This document shows, in pieces, positions 48,333 to 59,800 of a DNA stretch of 64,000 nt. Position 1 is the first letter of the stretch; the number at the start of each line of letters is the position of its first letter. Below the pieces are notes generated by a model. The model ran no database searches. It was given only the letters and a program-made list of their open reading frames with translations, and was not told the origin of the DNA. The stretch covers positions 1,107,309 through 1,171,308 of the forward strand of contig MU008177.1 of NCBI GenBank assembly GCA_010909165.1, written 5' to 3'. The DNA comes from Anthoceros angustus (taxonomy: Eukaryota; Plantae; Anthocerotophyta). The position numbers were made by a program, and so were the translations under genes.

Positions 48333-51300
48333 TGTCATTGTAGTAAGGAGTCCGTTCCCAAGGGAATGACAGGCCCCGTTGTCGCGTTTTAACCGTTTCT
48401 CGCCTCAACGTCGTGACCGTTTCGACTCAAGCTCGCCGCGTGTGGTGGGAGGTTCCGGGACCCCAGACCCTACCATGGCGGCCACACTTATCCCAGCCGG
48501 TTACGGTCGATGGGTTTCGTTCCCCACGGTGGAGCCCTTCCCGCGGATGGAGGTGCGCCCTCACGGCCCGGCCTCTCGACTCTCTCACTCCGTCTGGCGC
48601 CGGTGACCGCCCCTCCTACCGCCACGCGGTGACCCACCCTCGGTAAGTCACACTACCCTCGCGATGACTCGACCGGTAGCGGACCCTCATCGCGAGAGCA
48701 GCCCTGCCCAGCAGGCGACCTTGGGGACCCCAAATCACCGTGGGCAATCCTCCCACAGCAGTTCCTACACTCCCTAAGACCCTTCTGACAAATTTGGGGC
48801 GCCCCTCAAGCTCTTATCCTGACCCTTGAAATTTCACCTTCCCCTCTCTTTTCTAGGTTTCTTCCTCCTCTCTTCTCTTTTTGTCTTTTCTCTTTTCTCT
48901 CTTGCTCCTTCCTTCTCCTCTCTTGCTCCCTATCCTCTCTAGCTCTCTCTCTCTCTCACTCTCTCTCTCTCTCTCTCTTTTCTCTCTCTTCTCTCTCTCT
49001 CTCTTCTCTCTCTTCTCTCTTCTCCTCTCTTCTCTAATCTACCTCTTCCACTCTTCCTAGCTAACTACTCACAGGCCCTCACAGCCTCCCGGCCCCTCGA
49101 GATCATAGGGCATTGCCCTCACGGACCTAGGCGGACATTTGGCTGCAGTGGCGTCAGCGTCTTTGGATTTTGCTAGGGGTCTTCCCTTCGATGCATGCCC
49201 TCACTTTGCAACCACAATGCGCTCCCTCACGCTCGAACTACCCGGTGCTACCTCCGAGGAAAGGTTTGGGCCCGCCCCTCACCACAGTCACGCACCTCAA
49301 GACCCTACGGACACCATGCACCCTCACACGGTGGCACGCTTGTGTAGCAAAACAAGCACCTGGTCGGAGAGCAAGGCATGACATTTTATTATAGCTCCTC
49401 CCCTCTTATAGGAGCTCCCCAAACCCTAGCATTAATTAAGTCGGTGGGGTAGGTGGGGTTGCTTACGGTTTTAAGTAGGTGGCCTCTTAAAGGTTCTTAA
49501 CCTACCTCCTAACAATCCCACTAACCCCTAGGGGTCTTAATGACCCATTCACTCCCCTACCAACTATCGCCTACTTCTTCTTGGCGTTGGCATGGCGGGC
49601 CAACCACCGTCTTCCTCCTCTTGGCTTGGGGGCTGTCCCCAGGATCTCTTCACTCGTCGTCGGCGGGAACCTCCACACTGTCTGGCGATCTTGTTGATGA
49701 GGCTGGCGCCACCCCTCTTGCAGGCGCTCTTGTAGAGCCTTGGCCTCTCTAGCCATCTGCCTGCGCCCAATTACCTCAGGCGGTTGGGTGTTGGTGCAGC
49801 TCTGTCTGTGAGACACCCCACCAACTCTAGGCTGCTGGAAATCTCTTCCTCTTCCATTGGCTCCTCCCACATTGAGCCTTGCATCCATTTCACTCTCAAG
49901 TCACGAATCTCGAGTTGAGGGTGCAATTCTTCAAAATCTCCATCGTCATCGTGGGGACCCAACAACTTCCTTGTCAACAAGGGCATCTCCTTGGCAAACT
50001 TGTTGACCCTAGCATGTAAGTGGACACCATCTCACGGCCCTTCAAACAAATCTCATCAAATTCCTCGGGCCACTCTCCACGAGGCTATCTTACCATAGCA
50101 TCCCTCTCAAGCGTCACCTCACTCAAGCAGGCTGTAAAGTGACATTCAGCATCTCTCTTCCATGCCTCCGGTGTCCCTTGCGCCATGCATAATCGGCTGG
50201 GCGTTGCTTCTGACGACCGACATCGATGCATCATTTTCCTCCGGTGGGCTACCTCTTCCTTCCACCGTTGGTGACCTCCGTTGCTTGCTTCATGAGCTCC
50301 TCACGCTCCTTGCTCCATGTGGCTGTTTCCTCCTCCGGCTCCTTGAGCTTGGCCTCGATTCTCTTCATTCTTGGCGGACCTCGGCCTCACGGGCGGTCTT
50401 GACGTCCCCATTACATTCCTTCTCGGCTGAAATGAGAATTCTTCTTGCCACTCCCCACATGGACGGTCTCCTCAATTTTACGGTTGAGGTAGCCACTTCC
50501 TTCATTCGCTCCCTACTTTCTTGTCTCGGCCTTTGTTCTTCAATCTTCTTGAGCCCCAACCTTCTCTCCAGTCAACTAGGCGCCCTTTGCAGCGCCATCT
50601 CCTTGATAGCCTTGCTATCCTTCTCCCCATTATCGATGTTGGGTGGAACTCACTGTTCTCATCTCTGGGGTGGGGTTCTCCACCACCACCTCCATGGGGT
50701 GGCCTCCTGGCCCACTTGGTGGGGTTTTACCTCTTCCTCTTGTCACTTGTGCCTCCCACAGGTTGCCTGACATGGGCGCCTCTTCTTCCTTGGCGTCGGG
50801 GCCCAGGGGTGGTCTCATCATCCAAGATCACCACACGTGGTGGCACTTCCTTGCTCCACCTTGGGTTCCTCCTCACCTTCTTCACCTTCTTAGGGAGGGA
50901 CCCTGTCTGTCCCTCGGAGGGACCACTTCAAGCGGTGGTAAGATTCCTCCACTCTTCTTGATAACCCATGTGCCCCACAAGCTGCAAAGTACTCAAATGG
51001 GGCCTCGCCCCTCATTATCCACAATGTTTGGCCTCGGCTTGTCTCGGTGATGCTCATAGGCCGTCGACATGGTTGTCCCCAGTCGGTGAGCTCCTTGCTT
51101 GACTTCCACATGAAATGAAAGAATGCCTTGCTTGAAGTAGGTGGTTTTGACAGTCGACAAAACTATCCTTGTAAAAGCTTCCACTTGAGGTCGGCAATCT
51201 TATACATCCTCCGGCCATTCAGCGTCTTGGCGTCTATCCCTCGATGAGCATCTTTGAGAGCTTCCTCGGGAAGGTCGACCTGCTCTTTCCATCTTCATTC

Positions 51301-52000
51301 CTCTCGGTGGGAGCCACACCATCACTCTCGTTTTCGGCCTCCCATACACCTTACGAATGTCTTTGTCCATCCCTTTGGATCATCCACGTTCCTCCGAGTC
51401 CTCTGTTTCTCCCTCGTCGGTTCAGTTGCACCTGTAGCAAGACTCAACCAATTCCACATTAGAATAGGCCCAATGCCTATCGTAAACCCTTGCACATTTG
51501 TTGACCCCTCGAAAATCCCATAAGTCTCGGGAGGAGACACTGTGGCTGTAAAAACTGGCCCGCGCCCACTGGGCGGCACCAACCCTCCATGCGCAAGTTT
51601 GGCCTTCCGCGAACCTACCTCTCGCGCGTAAGCTCTTCCAACCCTCCTGTCCAGACCTCCCGTCCGGACCTCCGTCCTTTCTAACCGTTGGACCCGTTTT
51701 TAGGTCCGTTTTTCCTCCATTCTGTCCGTCCAGTCCGGGGACTGCAAACCTGTCCGCCCGTTTCTCCATGTGCCACTCTTCGTTGCTGTCTTCCCGTCAG
51801 TGATCTGTTGATGAAAAAATAAAAATAAAGCCTAACTAATATGAACAAAACTAGGAGGCATCCGCCTCTCTTCTAACCGTGGACCCAAAATTTGGCATTC
51901 CACAGCACGCATTCAGGATTCACGACTTGGTTTCGTAACATTCGCAAAACGAGGCCGGTGTGGCCAAGCGTTTAAGGACTCGTTCACGTCCGTAACACTC
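48333..52000 (-). mobile_element. Truncated Ty3/gypsy-type element P: putative LTR (~48333-49545) plus extra 3' ORF remnant
   Basis: TGTCATT (48333)...AATGAC (49539) termini, with a PPT-like GGGGAG adjacent. Minus-strand peptides (LLGPHDDDGDFEELHPQLEI) are paralogous to those of element Q (MLGPHDDDREALMQVQPEALDL). Boundaries are approximate. Confidence 0.5.
48840..49040. repeat. Polypyrimidine / (CT)n microsatellite tract
   Basis: Read directly. Confidence 0.9.
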
Positions 52001-52330
52001 GATTCTGTCCTTTCGTTTGTCTAGTCGATCTCCTCACCCTCTCTCGTTCATTGTCTTGGAAAAAGGTGGGTGGGCGAATGGTCGGACCTCCTCTCGTCGT
52101 TCCACCGGACCTCTCGTCCGACTCTGCGCCTTCCGGGTACTGACTCATGCGTTCGGTCGTCCAGGCGTCCGAGCCACTTGCGGGCGAGCAAGGGTCCTGA
52201 TCGCCTTCCTTGCACACACCACCACCACGTTAGGGTCGTCACGGGACCTTGATCGATCTCTCCGGGTGCCGTGCCTGCATTGACTGGGGCTCCGTTAGCC
52301 AAGGCCGAGAAGGGCCTACAGCAAAAGCGG

Positions 52331-53930
52331 TGTCACCCAAGAGAAAGATGCTTTACTAGAGCCCGCCCTCTTATACTCGCCCAGTCTCTTTACACTCCTA
52401 TTGGTAGCCGCCCTAGCACACGCCTACTATTTCCTTCCCTAACCGCCTATCTCGCCGTCGGCGATGAAATTTAGTACCCTTGGTTTCGCCTCAGCTCTGG
52501 TGGCCCAATCCCGGCAGCGGTTCGCGCCCCAGACGGATGATCGCGGCGGCCCCTTCCCCTTCCGAGACTACGTACGGTTGAGCCACAGGCGGTCTGACCA
52601 CGAACATGCTATTTAGTGAAGGGGGTGATTATTCAACATGAGGGTTTTACGCTGTTGTTGCGAAGGGTTTTGGATGGGTGTTGAATCCGTTGTTCACCGC
52701 TTGTCTTGGAAAGATGATCGAGAAAGAAGGGTGAACAACTACACGAAGAGCTTGCGGTCGTGACATGGAGCAATGGTTTGGTTTACACCTATGCTGACGT
52801 TAGAGCCATTCACATGGAGGCCATATTTGCCGGTGAAGATGAGTACATTGTGATCTGTGGGAGGCGGATCCGGGGGCTTCAGATGCACCCTCTAAGCGGC
52901 CACACTTATCCCTTTGTCGTTTCGTCGTTGGGTTTCGTCCCATGAGACTTGGGGAGCAGTCGAATCTTGAGAAATCCGTCACTACACCACACTACACCTC
53001 AGCCTTCTAAACAAGCAAGGCGCCCTCTCTCCTCTCCCCGGCTACACGCGCCGCGTAAACTCACCAAACCTCAACCTACAACGACACCACACAATTGCAG
53101 GTTCGTCTTAACGGCAAGGTGTCTATCACGGGCGCCGGGGACCCCGACCCACACCGCAACGTCCCTACTCCTAAGACACTCTTCTCCACAGGGCGCCCTC
53201 TTACTTGCAGTTGGGATTCGTCCCTTAGGCTGCACTGGCCTTAGTTTTCTACACTCTAATCCTCCTCACAACTCTCTCAATCAACAACGCCCTCTTCTTC
53301 TCTACTCATCTACCCTTCCTTCCTCCACAATCTCCTACTCTAACACCAATTCTGGCTCATTAATTCCAACTCGCCCTTACGGCTGGCGCAGGGTCCGTCA
53401 GGAATTGAGTTCTTCCTTGGGCGGTTGCTATGTGGTTTGCAGGCGAGAACCTCCGAGTCTTCCCACCAGTCTACCCTCAAGCCGAGTTCCTTGAGCATCG
53501 CCACACTCAAAGCAAAACAATTCACACAGCAACCATTCACAAGGGGAGCAGCTAGCAGGGGCGCCTGCAAAGAGCAAGCCCTCCGCCCAGCACTCCGACG
53601 CGTTCTCCCTCTCTACCAGACACTGCGTTGGCTTGCAGCCGGCACGAAATTCCTGCACACAAAGTGAAGGACTCAGGAGGATGGGAGCGCAAGACACGAT
53701 AATTTTACTTCACAAGCTCCCTCCTTTTATAGGAGGTCCTCACATACTGACCTCCACAGCGCGCCCTCACAGCCTTTGCCTCCTTATTTTAGTGTATCCT
53801 GTTGCCGACTTTAAGTTCGACATCCAAGCATCTTGGGTAAAATTCTATTCTAGCAAATTCACCTATGTGAGCCTTAATGGCTCCTGTCAACATTCCTATC
53901 TAGCTAGTCAACACACTCTCTTGGGTGACA
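52331..53930 (-). repeat. 1.6-kb LTR-like segment with a perfect 14-bp terminal inverted repeat
   Basis: TGTCACCCAAGAGA at 52331-52344 and TCTCTTGGGTGACA at 53917-53930. A purine tract (minus strand AGAGGAGGA) lies at 53941-53949. Confidence 0.65.
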
Positions 53931-54329
53931 AGCATTAATATCCTCCTCTAAAGAAAAGTCTTCCCAAGTGGCATCTTGCCCCATGTCTTCAAGCTAATTT
54001 AAGGACTTCTTATGAATCCCTTCCTTATCTTGATGCCTATCTTGAGTTCCTTCCTCCAATAAAATAGCCGGGCTCTCTTAGCTCACTTGTGAGCTCATCC
54101 TCACTTCTCCTTCTCCTTGGATCAACCCCTCTTCCTTCTTTCGCAAGGGCCAAGGTACTGCCTCCTTGCCGTCAAATCCATGCTAGCTTGAATCCTGCTT
54201 CTTCGCCTCCTACCATGGTAGGACCTTCTCCTACCAGTGAGTCCCTCCGGTAGGAACTCCTCCTACCACGGTAGGAGTTCCTACAGGTCGTTTCTTCTTC
54301 CTTACCCCTTCACAGGGTGATTCTCTCCA

Positions 54330-56800
54330 CTGCAGCTTCTCCCGCTTCACTCTTCTCCACAGTGCAGTTTCTCCACCCTGTTGCTTGGGACACTCTCCAA
54401 GTCTAAGGCTTCCGGTTGGACTTGCATGAGGGCCTCCCTATCATCGTCATGAGGTCCCAACATCCTCCTTTCAGCAAGTCGCAACTCGTTAGTGGCCTTG
54501 AGCACCTTGTTGTGAAGATGGGCTGCAAATCGTTGTTGTGCCATCTCCAATTCTTCGTAATCCTCAAGCCATACTCCATGCTCACACTTGCTTTTGTAAG
54601 CATCTCGCTCAAGGCCAGCTCACGGTCTTGACATGGAGAGCCACATTCTCTCCTCTCATTGCGGTTGGCGGATCAATCTCTCTTGTAGGGCATAATCAGC
54701 CAATCTACGCTCCCTCACCGCCAACATATGCTTTTCACCGCCTCATGACGGCCTTTCTCCTTTGCCATTTCTTCCTCCAACTCCCCTATCCTCCTAGGGA
54801 GTTGTGCATTCTCCGTTCTTTGGACTTCTCGTTCCATTTCCAATCTTTGGACAAAATGTGTCCGTTCTTCCAGCTCTTCTTCCTTCAATTCCAGCCTCCT
54901 GGATTTCTCCCAGCTCCTTTTCCATGTCACTAATCTTCACGCTGTGTGCTATGACCCGCTCATGTGCGCCTACTTGCCTTTGTCTTGTCCTCATTTTGCA
55001 GATTGCTCGTCTTGACCTTTCCTCCATTAGCAGCACTTGCTTGTCTTCTTCTTTTCCCATGTGCACCATGTGAGCAAGTTGCTCCACCTTCTCCTCTCGA
55101 GCTGCCAATTGCTTGAGCCTTGTTCTCCGAATATGATTGTTTCTTGCCTTGTCTCAAGACTCTTTTCCAAGTGCTCCTTGAGCTTCCATCCTCATAACAT
55201 CCTCCTGCCCTGGGTTTCCGCTCGCCTACAATTTCCCTTAGGTCCTTGTCTTCTCTCTTCAAGAATTCAACTCTCCTCTTGGCGGCTCCTACCTTCTTGA
55301 ACATCTCCCCTATCGCAGCATCTCCTCCAACATGTCTAAGTCTCCTTTCTTACCTCCGGGAGACTCAAGGCCTTTGCCTTGCTCATGGGATCTTACATCC
55401 CTTGCTTCCCTATGATGAGCTCCCGCTCATCACTTGGTGGGCAACTCCTCCCGTGACTCCATCCGCTCGCCCACCTAGCAGGGGCCGGTTGCCTTCTTAT
55501 CTCCTCTTGGGAGCTTCCAAACCGTGACTTCCTTCCTCCTACCGTGGTAGGAGGTGCTCCAGGACTACTTCCCTACCGTGGTAGGACTAATTCCCTGCCA
55601 GGCCTTGTCATGAGAGGACAGGGGTCCCAAACCACGTGGGAACACCTCCCACCCTCGCGGGATTCACCATGGTAGGATCTATCCTACCTTCCATCTCCGC
55701 ATCCTCCAGCGGTCCAAACTTCAAATCCCCTACAACTTCTCCTTGCAAGTCCTCCAGCATCCTCGGCCTATCTTTGGAGGATTCCTTCCGGCAATAATGT
55801 CCGGTGGTCTGCACCTCCTTTAGCAAAGCACCAAGCACTCCTGTCCCTCTCACAGGCGTAAGTACACAATGTTAAAGGGATGCTTGGAATCATCCAACTC
55901 CTTACTTGTGAGTAGCCCTCTACTTCCCACAAATGCACTAGATAAGTGCTAAGATAGCATGGCCTTGGGTCTTCATCCAAGCGTTGGGTTTTTTTCTCCG
56001 GTGGTAGGTGTATGCTTCATACATGATGAGCCCCAATCCGGCTTCGCTCGAGTGATCTTCCATAGAAAATGGAGGAAGGTAGTGCTGAAATATGACACCC
56101 TTGGATTGCTCACCAAGCCCAAAACAATTCTTGTGAACAATCTCCACTTGGGCTCCAAGATTTGGTCCGTCCGCCAACCGTTCTTGGACTTAGCCTTCAT
56201 GCCCTTGCATAAGTGTAAGGGCTCCCTTGGGAAGATCCGCCGTTGATGCACGCTTGCCTCCGCTCGTTCCTTCCATCAACGTGATTCCGCTATCCTCGCT
56301 ATCCACTGCCATATACAGCGTATGCTCCTTATCCAACACCGTGGATCCGTCCGTCGTTTCTATCCGGTGGCGGCCAATTCCTCTTCCGTGCAAATTAGCA
56401 AAACACTCTTCTATCAATTCAAGGTTGGTGTAAGACCAATGCCCATACACCCACTCTAGCTGAATATTCTCCTCTGCTGCCCAAGGTCAGTCAAAGGTCT
56501 CTAGAGGATAGCTGGCCTGCATAGCACGTAAATAAGGGCATGTCAAATTTCCACCCTCAGGGGTGATCCTCCACCTTAGACCTCTTGCCGCTCCTGCGCC
56601 ACCTCCCTTGGTGGGCTCCTTCCTTCCTTCTACTACCTCCTTGCCCTTGGTCATGGTAGGCTTGGTCATGGCCTCCTTGGTTAGTACTTGCAGAAATTGA
56701 AGAAAAGTGATGCCTCTCCTGCAATTCCTGCGGCACCCGACTTCTTATCCTTGCAAATTTCTCCTCCTCGGTGATTTGCTCTTGCTCACAGCTCAAAGGT
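54330..56800 (-). pseudogene. Extra ORF downstream of pol in element Q (unknown N-terminal domain + long coiled coil)
   Basis: Broken minus-strand ORFs 56190-56796, 55938-56177 and 54347-55304. The C-half is E/K/R-rich (EKELGEIQEAGIE.., LELKEEELEERT..). Confidence 0.5.
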
Positions 56801-59800
56801 CCTTGCCCTTGCTCTCCTCCTGCAGTCCTTACACCTTGGCGTCCCCAAACCCGATTTCTCCTGCAGAAAGCTCACCAAAATTCCCCAGGACTCTTACACA
56901 CGGCAATTTAGGAGCCCTTCCTGCACGGTTTCCTAGCAATCTTGCCACGCTCCACCCTCCTAGGCACCCTCACGAGCTTGGCAAGTGTTGGGTTGCGCCC
57001 CAACCTTCTTCTCCCTTCTCTTCTTCCTCTTTTCCTCCTTCTTCCTCTCTTGGGCTGGCGGATTTCGCCTCCTTGCTGAGCTTGCGCCCTCCTTCTCCTC
57101 CTCAACAGGCGCGCGTGTGCGTTGCTGTATGGGGCCTTGGGCAGCTTGAGGTGTGGCGGCGCCTTCTGGCGTGAGTCTCTTCAAGTTTACGAGTTGTGGC
57201 CTCCTGCGGCACTCTGACCACTTTTATAAGTCACCCAAGGGTTAGAAAAGTAACTACCTATCTATCCCTTGGATGTGTGCCACGTGGCCCCTTTCTCACC
57301 ATTGATGTTAGTTTCCTAATTCCTTATACTAAAATACCATTTCCCTATTTTCTAATTTCTAATTCTGAAAATTAGCCTCTAATTTCTTAATTACCTATTT
57401 TGGCCTATTTATCTAGTCCACTAAAAGACTCTATATAGCAAGCCTATCACCTAAAACATAAGCTACTTTCCAACCTATCTCCTACGTGGTAGGACATCCT
57501 CCTACCATGGTGGCGTTTTCCCTCCTACCACGGTGGAGTTTCTCTCTGGTAGGATACCTTCCTACCCTCTCCTACCATGGTAGGAGCTATTCCTACAGTA
57601 GGTGATCAAAACACTAGCGGGGTCATCTCTCCTCGGTGGTAGGATCTCTCCTACCCTCGTCATGGTAGGAGTTTCTCCTACGGTGGTAGGACACCTCCTA
57701 CCACTCATGTGGGTTACCTTTTCTCCTCACCAGTAGGTCGTTTTGACCCGTTTCTTTTCCTGCATATCCTCTGCCTTCCATGGTCCTACAACTCCCGCTC
57801 AAAAGGAGCAAAAATTTCCTTGCATGTCTTCACCAAACCATTTCTAGCAAAAGTGTGGGCTGTTCAAAGCAAACTCATTTAAGCTTGTTGCCCAAACTTT
57901 TGCGTTCCACATACTCCCCTCCTCACTGTTTGCGTCCTGTACAACAGACTCTCGGTGAAGGTACTTCTTAACCTTCCACCCATTCACTCTAGTTGGCAAA
58001 TCCCCATCCGGCTGCGTGGTTGCGGATCCATTCTCACTGCCACCACCTCATAAGGTCCCATCCATCTCAATCTAAGCTTCCAGGAAGTCCATATATGACT
58101 ATCATATAGAAGAACCAAATCCCGGCCATGATAGCTTCTTGCTTCCTCAACTTCCCATCATGCCTATCCTTTCTAAGCTCCTGAATTGAGTTTCTTCTAA
58201 AGCATCTTCCCTCGTTCCTCATGCTCTATGAAAGATTCTAGTCTAGCTACGACTATCCTCTGATCATCGCTCATCCTCCATGATTCTATAGGTAGGTACT
58301 TCAAATTCTCATCACGGAGACATGCCATATGTTAAATAATAAGGGGTCTTCTTGGTTGTCACCTTCTCTCTGTCAGCCCATAGCGAATGTAGCTTAGTGT
58401 CCCAATCATACATGTGAGTCACAGTTACCTTGGTCAAGATTGTACAACAGCCCATTCGTTTTCTCGTCAAACCATTCGCTTTGGGATTGTAAGGAGTTGT
58501 CTTTCGATGCGAATGTTGAAGTAGGTGGTGAGAGTCTCGATCGAGTTGAGGAAATGAGTTCCCTATCGACCAACTCAAAGGACATCCATACCTCGTTATA
58601 ATGTTCTCAAAGAGCTCTGCGGTCGTCGTCCTTCCTTGTTGCTTGACCTCCACCATCTTTGTACAATAGTCCGTAGCCACCAAGATATATTGCTTCCTTG
58701 TCCATTGTGTGGGTGGCTTGATTGGACCTACAAAATCTATACCCACTTCTCAAATGGTGCCAAAGGTAGTATGTAGGTGAGAGGCCCTTTGTGTTGACAA
58801 AGTGGGCCTTCCAACCCTCGACACGCATCACACCTCCTAATAAATTCCCACATCCCTCTGCATTGTGGCCCACGAGCTGCATCCAAGACCTTCTTCACGG
58901 TGATTTGCGTCGAATAATGACCACCAGCCTCTTACGCATGTAAAGCTTACATGACCAAAGCACTTCTCTAATTTCCGGACATCGGAATCTTCTCGTGGAC
59001 CAAGCTTGCAAGACCCCATCTGTAGGCAATAAGGGGCTGTCTTGTGGAGAAAAACAGCTCGCCCTCCCTAGACAAACCATCGGGCATGATTCCATGCTCT
59101 AGAAAATTTCGTACCTCACCATTCACATATCTTGGGCATGAACGCCCCTCACGTTCAATCTCCTCCTTCCACGCATACCATCGCCTCCTGCTAGCTCACC
59201 AGCAGCCCAGACGGCGTTGTTCCATCCACAAATCCAGTTTCTCCCGCTTTGTCCATCTTTGCAGTTTTGAGCTGCGGCCCGTTTGCATGCTCCTCCAACA
59301 ACGTTCGGATTTCTTCCATTCCTGCTGGTCTAGCCTCGTGTCCAGGTCCAGCTCGTGCTCCCATGGCGACCTCCTCGCCTGTTTGCACCTCCATGGCCAC
59401 CTAGTGATTTCCCATGAATGCCATTTTCTTCTCCAGTTTTGCTCAAGCTTCTCATGGGATGCATCTCCTTCCTCGCCCTCTGGCGCACCTACCTCCCTAG
59501 GGCCTTCTCCTCCTCGGCCCCATGGCGCCTGGCGACCTCGCCAAGTGGGGCGCCTTTTCTTTTGCTTGGCGGCTCCCATATCGTTTCGCTTCTTTCTTTT
59601 GCCAACGTGGCCTCCACTTGCAGCCCTCCTGACTGCTCACCCTTGAGGAGCATTCCAGCCTCCTCCTCGCGCCCATACTGGCGCCCTTTTATCCCTCTCG
59701 GTTCCAGTTGTCCTGCTGCTTTTGCCTTTCACTGCTCCTTCTTGCTCATTTGACCTCTGCTGGCAACAAGACTGATCAATGCTTAGGCCGTCCACAACAT

